Positions 7,910-16,329 of a DNA stretch of 44,990 nucleotides are shown here, piece by piece. Both the position numbers and the translations under genes were made by a program. Source of the DNA: a virus; the UHGV virus genome UHGV-0386548, one strand, 5' to 3'. The number at the start of each line of letters is the position of its first letter. The stretch's first letter is position 1. Under the pieces are notes generated by a model that saw only the letters and a program-made list of their open reading frames with translations, was not told the DNA's origin and ran no database searches.

Positions 7910-8683
7910 ATGGTTAAATCGATATTTTTACAAGATGGAGAAGAAATTTTCGTAGATGATGAAGATTACGAAAGAGTGAATCAACATACTTGGTATAAGT
8001 TTTACACCGGTAATACAAGACATATAAAAAAAGGTGATAAGAAAACGACATCATTAGCTAATTTTTTAGTTGAAGGTAGCACTCAAAAAGAAAAAAATAA
8101 TTATTTTACTAAAGATAATTTGGTGGACTTAAGATATGCCAATAGATACCAAAGAGCAAGAGGACAAAGCGTTTCGAAATATAAAGGCGTGAATTTCAAC
8201 AAAAAAGACCGGAAATGGTGGGCTCAAATATATGTAGATGGTAAGACTAAGCTTTTAGGTAGGTTTTCGAACGAAGATGATGCAGCTTTAGCTTACAATC
8301 GCGGCGTTGATGAATATTTTAACAGTGATGGATATAAAAATAAGATTGGTTATGACAATCGAGTCCCTAGTAGAACGTATCGCACTTTTGACGGTCAAAA
8401 AACAAAACATAAGGGCAAAACAGGATACAAAGGAGTTACTTACAGTTCAAAAAAATTAAACTATTTAAGTAGAATTTCATATAAACTCAACCGTTATCAA
8501 ATAATGTATAGCAAAAGTAAAGAACAATCTGCATTAGTATATAACAAATGTGCTTTATATCTATATGGTGATGACGCGATCCTAAACGATGTACCTATGA
8601 CAGATGAACTCAAAGAATTCATTTCTAACTGGGAGATACCAGACAAAATTAAAGCACTGAAAGAAGGTGCTGATAATGAATAA
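7910..8683 (+). CDS. AP2-domain DNA-binding protein (two AP2-like repeats)
   Basis: YKGVNFNKKDRKWWAQIYVDGKTKLLGRFSNEDDAALAYNRGVDEYF and a second YKGVTYSS...YLSRISY repeat resemble the AP2/ERF fold often linked to phage HNH homing nucleases. Probable start MVKSIF at 7910. Confidence 0.55.
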   Translation: MVKSIFLQDGEEIFVDDEDYERVNQHTWYKFYTGNTRHIKKGDKKTTSLANFLVEGSTQKEKNNYFTKDNLVDLRYANRYQRARGQSVSKYKGVNFNKKDRKWWAQIYVDGKTKLLGRFSNEDDAALAYNRGVDEYFNSDGYKNKIGYDNRVPSRTYRTFDGQKTKHKGKTGYKGVTYSSKKLNYLSRISYKLNRYQIMYSKSKEQSALVYNKCALYLYGDDAILNDVPMTDELKEFISNWEIPDKIKALKEGADNE

Positions 8684-9455
8684 TAGAGATTATATTTCAT
8701 CAATTATTACTCAATTCAGTGGTCAAAATAACATTATTCCTATACCTACTATCTATATAAGAATCACTGAGGATTACCCAAGCGCAGCGTTATTAAATCA
8801 AATGATTTATTGGTCAGATAGAACAAGTAGAAAAGACGGTTATTTTTATAAATCTTACAACGAATGGTACGAAGAGTTGCATTTAACCGAATATCAAGTA
8901 AGACGCGCAACCAAAAAACTTAAGTCATTTGGTTTCGTCGATACAGCTCTAAAAAAAGCTAATGGTGCACCTACTTTGCATTATAAAGTCGATACTAAAG
9001 AAGTTTCAGAATGGATTCTTAAGAAACTTCAGAATGGAAACTTAAGAAACTCAAGAATGGATAGTGAAGAAACTCAAGAATCTTTAACAGAGATTACTAC
9101 AAAGACTACTACAGAGATTACTAACAATAATATATTGTCTCCTTCGTCGACTGTGTATCCTTACAAAGATGTAATTGACTACCTTAACCAACAAACAGGT
9201 AAGAATTACAAGTCTACTACTAAGAAGAATCAAACAGTCATACGAGCAAGAACCGATGAGGGCTTTTCACTAGATGACTTTAAAAGAGTTATAGACAACA
9301 AAGTTGCCGAGTGGAAAGGCACAAACATGGAGAAGTACCTAAGACCTGAAACATTATTTGGTACTAAATTTGAGGGTTACCTCAACCAAGAATTACAACC
9401 TAGTGGCATGGATCAGTTAGAACGTATGAAGTACGACGAGAGTTATTGGGACTAG
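8667..9455 (+). CDS. Replication initiator / replisome organiser (DnaD-like winged helix plus Phg_2220_C-like C-terminal domain); contains the iteron array
   Basis: The C-terminal VYPYKDVIDYLNQQTGKNYK...VIRARTDEGFSLDDFKRVIDNK matches the phage replisome-organiser C-terminal domain pattern. Upstream of a DnaC-like loader. The alternative start MNNRDY at 8676 is in the same frame. Confidence 0.68.
   Translation: MLIMNNRDYISSIITQFSGQNNIIPIPTIYIRITEDYPSAALLNQMIYWSDRTSRKDGYFYKSYNEWYEELHLTEYQVRRATKKLKSFGFVDTALKKANGAPTLHYKVDTKEVSEWILKKLQNGNLRNSRMDSEETQESLTEITTKTTTEITNNNILSPSSTVYPYKDVIDYLNQQTGKNYKSTTKKNQTVIRARTDEGFSLDDFKRVIDNKVAEWKGTNMEKYLRPETLFGTKFEGYLNQELQPSGMDQLERMKYDESYWD
9005..9082 (+). repeat. 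3.4 tandem copies of a 23-bp iteron (TTCAGAATGGAwwCTTAAGAAAC), putative phage origin inside the initiator gene; second short repeat set AGAkTACTAC at ~9098-9130
   Basis: Seen directly: 9005-9027, 9028-9050 (20/23 identical), 9051-9073 (degenerate), partial 9074-9082. Ori iterons inside rep genes are common in lambdoid and Staph phages. Confidence 0.6.
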
Positions 9456-9467
9456 GAGTGATTATAA

Positions 9468-10238
9468 ATGCAATCAATGGAAAGTTTAGCTAGAAATATC
9501 AAACCTAGTAAAAATATCGTAGAAGAACAACATAACCTTAAATGTAGTAAATGTGGGAACACATACGACTATTATAAGTTTAGTAACGGGCATGAATTTA
9601 GACATGGTTGTGACTGTTCAATGATACAAGCTGGTAAAGAAGCAGAGAAGAAACGCAAGCAAAAATATATAAATAATATCTTCAATCAATCTACTGTAAA
9701 CGGTTCGCTAAGAGATGCAACAGTAAATAATTACAAACCTCAGAACGAAAAGCAAATATACGCCAAAAAAACAGCCATAGAGTACGTTAAAACATTCTCG
9801 GTAGATAAACCTAAGTCTTTAATCTTACAAGGCTCATATGGTACCGGAAAAAGCCATATAGCGTATGCCATAGCTAAAGCAATTAAAAACGAAGGATATT
9901 CAGTCGCTTTTATGCACATTCCAATGTTGATGGAGCGCATCAAAGCGACATATAACAAGAATGCTGCAGAAACAACAGATGAACTTGTACAACTACTAAG
10001 TAACATAGATTTACTAGTACTTGATGATATAGGTGTAGAGAACACTGAACACACATTAAATAAACTATTCAGCATTGTAGATAACAGAGTTGGAAAGAAT
10101 AACATCTTCACTACAAATTTTAGTGATAAAGAACTTAATCAAAACATGAATTGGCAACGGATCAATTCAAGAATGAAACATAACGCTAGAACCGTAAAGG
10201 TACTAGGCGATGACTACAGGGAGCGTGACGCATGGTAA
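9468..10238 (+). CDS. DnaC/IstB-like helicase loader ATPase with N-terminal zinc-binding motif
   Basis: Walker A LQGSYGTGKSHIAYAIA. Walker B LLVLDDIG. N-terminal CSKCGN...HGCDC. Confidence 0.85.
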   Translation: MQSMESLARNIKPSKNIVEEQHNLKCSKCGNTYDYYKFSNGHEFRHGCDCSMIQAGKEAEKKRKQKYINNIFNQSTVNGSLRDATVNNYKPQNEKQIYAKKTAIEYVKTFSVDKPKSLILQGSYGTGKSHIAYAIAKAIKNEGYSVAFMHIPMLMERIKATYNKNAAETTDELVQLLSNIDLLVLDDIGVENTEHTLNKLFSIVDNRVGKNNIFTTNFSDKELNQNMNWQRINSRMKHNARTVKVLGDDYRERDAW

Positions 10239-10393
10239 CGAAAGAGAATGTTATGCAAATACTTGAGTGTTCCGATGTGTATGCTCAAAAAATGATTGAT
10301 TGGTGCAGTGGGAATCAAGCTGCACTCATCAAGTTAATTAATGCCAAGTTAGAAGAAAAAGGCAACAGACAGGCAATAACGGAGGTGTCCTAA
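10232..10393 (+). CDS. Small hypothetical ORF (53 aa) overlapping the previous stop (ATGGTAA)
   Basis: An open frame fills the 10239-10392 gap. Alternative ATG at 10253. Confidence 0.35.
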   Translation: MVTKENVMQILECSDVYAQKMIDWCSGNQAALIKLINAKLEEKGNRQAITEVS

Positions 10394-10617
10394 TGGCAAT
10401 TTTGGAAAAGTATTATCTTTATAGACCTGACGGAACAGAAGAAATAAAAGTAGAGAAACGCGAGACTAATTTGAACATCGTTAAATCACTCACAGGCGCT
10501 CATTTTGGAGAAGAAAGTAAAAAGATGACTGATAGTGAATTGAAACGTTTTAAGGGCGTATACGAACTTCTATATGAAGAAGAACTAGGTTTACAAGCAA
10601 CGATATTCGATATGTAG
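10393..10617 (+). CDS. Hypothetical early protein
   Basis: 74 aa. RBS GGAGGTG. Overlap-coupled start. Confidence 0.5.
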   Translation: MAILEKYYLYRPDGTEEIKVEKRETNLNIVKSLTGAHFGEESKKMTDSELKRFKGVYELLYEEELGLQATIFDM

Positions 10618-10627
10618 GAGTGACGAC

Positions 10628-11038
10628 GTGAGTAAATACAATTCTAAAAAAGTTGAATATAAAGGTGTCGTGTTCGATAGCAAAATTGAATGCGACTACT
10701 ACCAATATTTAGAACGTAACTTAGGCAAGGAATATGATCATATCGAATTACAACCTAGATATGAGTTGATACCTAAGTTTGATAACCAACGTAAAACAGA
10801 ATATATAGCTGACTTTGCATTATGGAAAGATAGCAAGCTGCTTGAAGTCATAGACGTCAAGGGAATGCCGACAGAAGTAGCAAAATTGAAAGCTAAGATT
10901 TTCAGATATCAAAACAGAGAAGTACCACTCACATGGATATGTAAGGCACCTAAGTACACAGGTCAAGAGTGGATAACGTATGAAGAACTAACTAAGGCAC
11001 GCAGGAAGCGTAAGAAGGAGAAGATGAAGAATGGATAA
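10628..11038 (+). CDS. PD-(D/E)XK-like nuclease-fold protein (DUF1064-like; possible resolvase/RecU-like)
   Basis: Motif ...EYIADF(D)...LLEVIDVKG fits a D...E-x-K restriction-endonuclease-fold active site. The N-terminal YKGVVFDSKIECDYYQYLE is typical of the family. Confidence 0.5.
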   Translation: MSKYNSKKVEYKGVVFDSKIECDYYQYLERNLGKEYDHIELQPRYELIPKFDNQRKTEYIADFALWKDSKLLEVIDVKGMPTEVAKLKAKIFRYQNREVPLTWICKAPKYTGQEWITYEELTKARRKRKKEKMKNG

Positions 11039-11390
11039 CATTTGGAAAGAGTTTGCAAAAGAATATATGCCAGAAGATAAGTTCGAAAGAGTATGCAAAG
11101 AAATTAAAAATTCAAAACAAGTAGTAGAGGTTAATCATGAATTTTCTTTAAACAGTTTACTTAATGGCGTTTACAACAAAGAAGATAGAAAAGTAGGAAT
11201 GAGAATAACAAGTGGTTGTCAAAATGCTTTTGACGTTTGTTACAAAAATAAAAAAATGATTATTAATGAAGAAGAATTCGGAAGAATCGAATTAATGTTC
11301 GACAACAAACTCAGTATTGAAAATTTTATTGAAACTGCACAATTCTTATTGAAAGCATATGACGAAATTACGAAAGAGAGTGATGAGTGA
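11031..11390 (+). CDS. Hypothetical early protein
   Basis: 119 aa. Translationally coupled. Confidence 0.5.
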   Translation: MDNIWKEFAKEYMPEDKFERVCKEIKNSKQVVEVNHEFSLNSLLNGVYNKEDRKVGMRITSGCQNAFDVCYKNKKMIINEEEFGRIELMFDNKLSIENFIETAQFLLKAYDEITKESDE

Positions 11391-11582
11391 ATGGTTAACA
11401 GAGAAGAAACAACTACAGTCGAAGCAACAATGAAAGTTAGATGTAAGTATCCAGTTTGGGTAAACAATCAAATTACTGCAAGTGATGAAAAGGAACGTAT
11501 TTTAGATTTAATCAGTAACAACCCTGACAAAGAATTGATGAATGAAGATTTTGAACTAGTTGAATTAATAGAGGTGGAGTAA
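11391..11582 (+). CDS. Hypothetical small protein
   Basis: 63 aa. ATGA overlap with the upstream gene. Confidence 0.45.
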   Translation: MVNREETTTVEATMKVRCKYPVWVNNQITASDEKERILDLISNNPDKELMNEDFELVELIEVE

Positions 11583-11996
11583 ATGGAATTAGCAAAGAAT
11601 AGAACGATTGAATTTAAAAATAATAGATTATATTACGTTGTAAAAACTGAAGAACAGAAACACTTATTGCCAGTTGAAGATGTACACGAAGCTGAATATA
11701 CAGGGACACCATGGAAACTTATTGTAAGACGTATTAAGTATTCTGGTTATAGTCCTGAAGAAGCTTTATTTGAAGAATACAACGAGCAAGATACAGAAGC
11801 AAAAGAGAGAAAACGACTATCTCAATTAGAACATGAGGACAGAATGAGGTTAGTTAGATTAGAACGACAAAAAGAAATTAATCTAAGACGAAAGAAACCT
11901 CACTTGTTCGAAGTGCCTCAAGTACACCCTCGTAGTGAATGGTGTAATTACCTTATGGAAAATGACATCTTTCTTAGAAAGGTGGTTAGATCATGA
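11583..11996 (+). CDS. Hypothetical early protein
   Basis: 137 aa. Basic and coiled-coil in the middle. Confidence 0.5.
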   Translation: MELAKNRTIEFKNNRLYYVVKTEEQKHLLPVEDVHEAEYTGTPWKLIVRRIKYSGYSPEEALFEEYNEQDTEAKERKRLSQLEHEDRMRLVRLERQKEINLRRKKPHLFEVPQVHPRSEWCNYLMENDIFLRKVVRS

Positions 11997-12427
11997 GTAT
12001 TGGAGATTTAAGTGTAGGAGAATATATAAAATTTTCTGATAGAAACAACAAGCAAAGGTATGGGCAAGTATTGAACGTATATCAAGATGTATTTTATTTA
12101 AAATACGTCGCAGTAGTAAAAGTTGATGGTATTGGCACTATTAAAATAGACGATAACTATGACTTTATCAGTGTACCTAGACCAACTAGTAAAGAAGTAG
12201 AAAAGACGTTAGATGACAAGGTTAACCACCCAACGCATTACACGTATGGAGATATAGAAGTTATAGACTTCATAGAGCAGGTCACTAAAGATTATAAACC
12301 AGAGTTAGCATTTGCAATTGGTAACGCAATTAAGTATATCAGTCGAGCTAATCGTAAGAACGGAAAAGAAGATTTAGACAAGGCGCGTTGGTATCTAAAC
12401 AGAGCATTTGAGAAGTGGGAGGGTTAG
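11993..12427 (+). CDS. Hypothetical conserved phage protein
   Basis: 144 aa. Overlap-coupled. Confidence 0.5.
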   Translation: MSIGDLSVGEYIKFSDRNNKQRYGQVLNVYQDVFYLKYVAVVKVDGIGTIKIDDNYDFISVPRPTSKEVEKTLDDKVNHPTHYTYGDIEVIDFIEQVTKDYKPELAFAIGNAIKYISRANRKNGKEDLDKARWYLNRAFEKWEG

Positions 12428-12708
12428 AGATGATTAAATGCAGATTAAAAGAATTAATGAAAGTATATGAAGTTAATCAAACGGAATTATCTGATGCAAC
12501 CGGTATAAGTAGACCAACTATCCTATCACTTATCAAAAATGAAGCGAAGGGAATTAAATTCGATACTTTAGATAAAATTTGCAAGCATTTCAACGTGAAC
12601 ATCAATGACTTTTTAGTATCAGATGAAGAAATTGATAAAACTACTAATCAGAAATTAGACGAATTAATAGATATTGCTAGAAGTTTAAAAATGCATGAGG
12701 AGGACTAA
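12415..12708 (+). CDS. XRE/Cro-CI family HTH regulator
   Basis: LKELMKVYEVNQTELSDATGISRPTILSLIKNEAKGIKFDTLDKICKHFNVNINDF. Confidence 0.7.
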   Translation: MGGLEMIKCRLKELMKVYEVNQTELSDATGISRPTILSLIKNEAKGIKFDTLDKICKHFNVNINDFLVSDEEIDKTTNQKLDELIDIARSLKMHEED

Positions 12709-12710
12709 CT

Positions 12711-13391
12711 ATGGTGTATATGTACGAGCCATTTAGCCACACAGTGACTAAGACAGATCTATCTCATTTGCACAACATTACAGGTATTCCACTAAACACA
12801 CTGTGGTACCAAAAGGAACGTGGAACATATAACGATAAGTTGAAGTGTTTCTTCACCGACACAATGCCAAGAGTGAATAAGAAACAGGAGTTTAACGAAA
12901 GAGTTGTAGCAAAAGATGAAATTTGGAAGTACAGCGAGAAGTACGATCTATACGTAAGTAACTTAGGCAGAATGAAAAGACCTGATGGAAGATACAAGTT
13001 TGCGAATGGATGTAATGGTATTTCCACAGTTATTTATAAAAATAAGAAGTATCGTGCAGCAGATATTGTATATGAAACGTTTATCGGTAATTTGAGAAAT
13101 GGATTACATGCGTACCCTAAGGACAGTAGGTATAACAATCTTATGGCAGATAACCTATTTCAATCTACATTACAGAAATATAGAGTGTATCGCAGAAATA
13201 AAGGCGTATCTAAGCCAGTATATCTTGTCGATAACAACAACCAAATTGTTGAAGAATTCGCAAGTACAGTAGAAGCTCAAAAATTATTATTCATAGACAG
13301 ACGAAACATTGCTAGAAAGTGCAACCGTAAACATGTAAGTGACGGATTGATGTATATGTGGGCAGACGAATACGAGAAGATGAACGCATGA
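12711..13391 (+). CDS. NUMOD4-motif / homing-endonuclease-associated DNA-binding protein (no clear catalytic motif)
   Basis: IWKYSEKYDLYVSNLGRMKRPDGRYK resembles the NUMOD4 motif. The C-terminal EEFASTVEAQKLLFIDRRNIARKC resembles the NUMOD1/IENR HTH found in GIY-YIG/HNH homing enzymes. Confidence 0.45.
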   Translation: MVYMYEPFSHTVTKTDLSHLHNITGIPLNTLWYQKERGTYNDKLKCFFTDTMPRVNKKQEFNERVVAKDEIWKYSEKYDLYVSNLGRMKRPDGRYKFANGCNGISTVIYKNKKYRAADIVYETFIGNLRNGLHAYPKDSRYNNLMADNLFQSTLQKYRVYRRNKGVSKPVYLVDNNNQIVEEFASTVEAQKLLFIDRRNIARKCNRKHVSDGLMYMWADEYEKMNA

Positions 13392-13573
13392 TACTATCCG
13401 ACACAATCAACCAAAGATATAGATACAACACACAAGGTAAGACACCTACAGAGATACAGCAGGAGTTACGACAGATAGGTGTTAAAGGCTTTGTGGTTAA
13501 GGTAGCAGGAAACAGAGTGACGATGAAAGTTAGTGAGAACGATATTAAAAAGAACAGGGAGTGTTTGAGATGA
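13388..13573 (+). CDS. Hypothetical small protein
   Basis: Likely start MILSDT at 13388 (ATGA overlap). Confidence 0.4.
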   Translation: MILSDTINQRYRYNTQGKTPTEIQQELRQIGVKGFVVKVAGNRVTMKVSENDIKKNRECLR

Positions 13574-13938
13574 TACCTAAATTTAGAGTTTGGGATAAAA
13601 CTAATAAAGAAATGCTCGAGTGGGAAGAATTAGATTTTACAAAAGAACGTGGCGAAGATGAAATAACTATATTTGAACCAACAGGACAATTTGCACATCC
13701 TATATTTTTCTATGACGCTATGCAATCAACAGGCTTGAAAGATAATGATGGTATCGAGTTTTATGAAAAAGATATTGTTAGAAATATTGATAGTGAAGAA
13801 TTAGGTGTAGTTGAGTATGACGAAGGTCAATTTCGTGTGAGTTATAACGGTGTGTCAGAACAATTGTGGGAAATTGATAAAGATTTACAAATCATCGGCA
13901 ACATCTATGAAAAACCAGAGTTATTGGAGGATAACTAA
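13561..13938 (+). CDS. Hypothetical early protein
   Basis: 125 aa, acidic. Confidence 0.5.
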   Translation: MFEMIPKFRVWDKTNKEMLEWEELDFTKERGEDEITIFEPTGQFAHPIFFYDAMQSTGLKDNDGIEFYEKDIVRNIDSEELGVVEYDEGQFRVSYNGVSEQLWEIDKDLQIIGNIYEKPELLEDN

Positions 13939-14283
13939 TTGGACATCAACAACTTATACACCTACAAAGCAACATGCACCAATGTAGTTGACGGGGATAC
14001 TTTGGATATCTTACTGGACTGTGGCTTTGATACCTATGCTAAACGTCGCGTACGTTTGCTAGGTGTCGATACGCCAGAGAGAGGACAAGAGAATTATAAA
14101 GAAGCAACAGCATTAACTAGATCATGTGTAGAAAATAAAGATATATACGTTCAGACATACAAGAGCGATGTGTTCGGTAGATACCTAGCTAATGTATGGT
14201 ACGAGGATGGTAAATATTGCTTAAACGATGAGTTAAGAAATGCAGGATTATTGAAAGAGAATTCTAAATGGAATGAGGGATAG
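13939..14283 (+). CDS. Staphylococcal-nuclease (SNase/thermonuclease)-like small nuclease
   Basis: VDGDTLDI...VRLLGVDTPE...FGRYLANVWYEDGKYCLNDELRNAGLLK parallels SNase IDGDTVKL...FRLLLVDTPE...[26 protein letters not shown]. The catalytic Asp/Thr/Glu/Arg equivalents are present. Confidence 0.75.
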   Translation: MDINNLYTYKATCTNVVDGDTLDILLDCGFDTYAKRRVRLLGVDTPERGQENYKEATALTRSCVENKDIYVQTYKSDVFGRYLANVWYEDGKYCLNDELRNAGLLKENSKWNEG

Positions 14284-14286
14284 AGA

Positions 14287-14601
14287 ATGGCAGAAGTTAA
14301 GTTATCTATTGAAGAGTATCACAATGTTGTTAAGAATTTGAATACTTTAATAAAAAAGCTCTATGAGACGACAAAGAAATGTAAAGATTATAAACGTCAA
14401 CGTGATGAACTCATCAATGATATGGCAGAAACGAAAAGAAAAGCAGAGGCGTTTGATGAGATAGTGAAAGTTTTAGCTAGTATCTCAAAAGAGATAGTGG
14501 AGTATCCAGGCGATAATGATAAACAAAAAGAGGTGATCTACAAAAGATGGGATGAATTATTTGGACCCATGAAAATACTGGATGTCGACCATGAAGGATA
14601 A
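14287..14601 (+). CDS. Hypothetical coiled-coil protein
   Basis: 104 aa. Confidence 0.5.
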   Translation: MAEVKLSIEEYHNVVKNLNTLIKKLYETTKKCKDYKRQRDELINDMAETKRKAEAFDEIVKVLASISKEIVEYPGDNDKQKEVIYKRWDELFGPMKILDVDHEG

Positions 14602-14824
14602 CAAGTGGACAACGCTAAAAGACGAATTGACACAAAAGTATATTGAACTTCATGGCAAAAGCAATAATATTCCAAATAATATACCAATTGCTGAGATAGC
14701 GAATATATTAGTTGGTAAGAGAGTTGTAAAACAACAATTACAACGCATGGACGAACTCGACGGAACGCATGAGTTTCAAAATTTATTAAGTGATTTGGAG
14801 CGTGGTAGTGATGAAGAAATATAG
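14591..14824 (+). CDS. Hypothetical protein
   Basis: Likely start MKDNKW at 14591. Confidence 0.45.
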   Translation: MKDNKWTTLKDELTQKYIELHGKSNNIPNNIPIAEIANILVGKRVVKQQLQRMDELDGTHEFQNLLSDLERGSDEEI

Positions 14825-15002
14825 AGTGATGTTTGAAACATTTATTCATCCAGCCTTTTTCTTTCATCCATGCTATATAGTCGAAGCAAATAGTGTTGTA
14901 GAAGCTAAAGAAAAGGGGCAAGAAGCATTTAATAGCCACCCTAACAATGTGAAGTTACAAAGAGAAATTGTAGAAGTTCAAGAAATCGAGGAGGAAAAAT
15001 AA
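14811..15002 (+). CDS. Hypothetical small protein
   Basis: Likely start MKKYRVMF at 14811, coupled to dut. Confidence 0.4.
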   Translation: MKKYRVMFETFIHPAFFFHPCYIVEANSVVEAKEKGQEAFNSHPNNVKLQREIVEVQEIEEEK

Positions 15003-15506
15003 ATGACTAACACATTAGAAATTAAATTATTATCAGAAAACGCGACTATGCCGAAGAGAGATAGATTAGATGCTGGGTACGATATATATTCAGCAGAAAC
15101 AATAATACTTGAGCCACAGGAGAAAGCAGTAATTAAAACAGATGTAGCAGTAAATATTCCAGAGGGGTATGTAGGGCTATTAACGTCAAGAAGTGGTGTA
15201 AGTAGCAAGACACATTTAGTGATTGAGACTGGCAAAATTGATGCAGGCTTTCAGGGTAATCTAGGGATTAATATTAAGAATGATTGCCAATATTATCACA
15301 AAGAAGATAATTATTACAAAGATATTAAAGGAGATATTAATTACTCAGATGTACGTTTTGATTTGGGCGCTTATAAAATCAACAAAGGCGACAAACTAGC
15401 TCAACTGGTCATCGTACCTATTTGGACGCCAGAGTTAAAAGAAGTAGAGGAGTTTAGCAGTGAGTCAGAGAGAGGGACAGACGGATTTGGATCAACAGGA
15501 TTCTAA
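15003..15506 (+). CDS. dut: Trimeric dUTPase with a species-variable insertion (motif VI)
   Basis: Conserved dUTPase motifs AGYDIYS, GLLTSRSG, IDAGFQG and the C-terminal RGTDGFGSTG, plus an ~35-aa insert (NIKNDCQYYHKEDNYYKDIKGDINYSDV) typical of staphylococcal phage Duts. Confidence 0.92.
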   Translation: MTNTLEIKLLSENATMPKRDRLDAGYDIYSAETIILEPQEKAVIKTDVAVNIPEGYVGLLTSRSGVSSKTHLVIETGKIDAGFQGNLGINIKNDCQYYHKEDNYYKDIKGDINYSDVRFDLGAYKINKGDKLAQLVIVPIWTPELKEVEEFSSESERGTDGFGSTGF

Positions 15507-15554
15507 AGACATAGTAGCAGAGATTAAAAGAATATTAGGTAAGGAGTGAGCAGG

Positions 15555-15725
15555 TTGATTAAACGAATATTAAAGATTTGGTTTACTATCGCTATGTATG
15601 AGTTAGGTAAATGGATTGGTAGAGAAGTGTATTATAAGTTAACTGCAAATGATGAGGTGGAAGTGCCTAAGGACTTCGACGAGAATGACCACGCTCATTT
15701 AAACGGCATATACGGAGGTTATTAA
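15555..15725 (+). CDS. Small ORF (56 aa, TTG start)
   Basis: RBS AAGGAGTG 6 nt upstream of TTG. Confidence 0.3.
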   Translation: MIKRILKIWFTIAMYELGKWIGREVYYKLTANDEVEVPKDFDENDHAHLNGIYGGY

Positions 15726-15728
15726 ATA

Positions 15729-15929
15729 TTGGGTGAAATTATATATATGATTACAATTATAACATTGTCTATAGTCTTTGTTTTAATGGAGATATTTATA
15801 ATATATCTTTTTGTTGAAGGAATTAAATACAAGGAATATGTAACGATTGGGTTTTCCGTTACCATGTTTTTACTTTCTATCTTGCTATTTTTACACTTTT
15901 TATATTTTGGGATTTTAGGAGGTTATTAA
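15729..15929 (+). CDS. Small hydrophobic membrane protein (2 TM)
   Basis: 66 aa, almost entirely hydrophobic (ITIITLSIVFVLMEIFIIYLFV...). Confidence 0.45.
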   Translation: MGEIIYMITIITLSIVFVLMEIFIIYLFVEGIKYKEYVTIGFSVTMFLLSILLFLHFLYFGILGGY

Positions 15930-15930
15930 T

Positions 15931-16329
15931 GTGATTTGGATAAGTTTTTCATCGGTAATAATTGTGTTAGTACTGTGTATTTTTGCTATATATAAGTGGA
16001 TTAAAGCAGAGAAAAGAGTTAATGAGTTACAGGAAGATAAACATGGATTGCAATTAGATAAGTTACATTTAGAAAGAGAGGTATCTTGGTTGAAAAATAA
16101 GGATAATAAAAACAACATAGGCAAATACGTGGTTGAGTTAAAAAAAGGAGTATATTTAGTGAAAAAATATATAGGTAGTTATGGAAACACATGCATAATC
16201 ACTGACAATGTATTTGAAGCTTTATCTTACGACGATTTATATTCAGCTAAAGAAGATGCATGTAGTTTTAACGGACGTGTACTAGAACACAAACCTAATT
16301 TAGAGGTGGTCAAACAATGTGGGGCGTAA
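15931..16329 (+). CDS. Membrane-anchored hypothetical protein (N-terminal TM, GTG start)
   Basis: RBS AGGAGG at 15917-15922. N-terminal IWISFSSVIIVLVLCIFAIY. Confidence 0.5.
   Translation: MIWISFSSVIIVLVLCIFAIYKWIKAEKRVNELQEDKHGLQLDKLHLEREVSWLKNKDNKNNIGKYVVELKKGVYLVKKYIGSYGNTCIITDNVFEALSYDDLYSAKEDACSFNGRVLEHKPNLEVVKQCGA

Noticed and set aside
14538-14939. 133-aa minus-strand ORF overlapping three + strand early genes
   Set aside because: Cys/Tyr/Phe-rich nonsense composition typical of antisense of AT-rich coding DNA. It breaks the otherwise uniform + strand operon and has no RBS.
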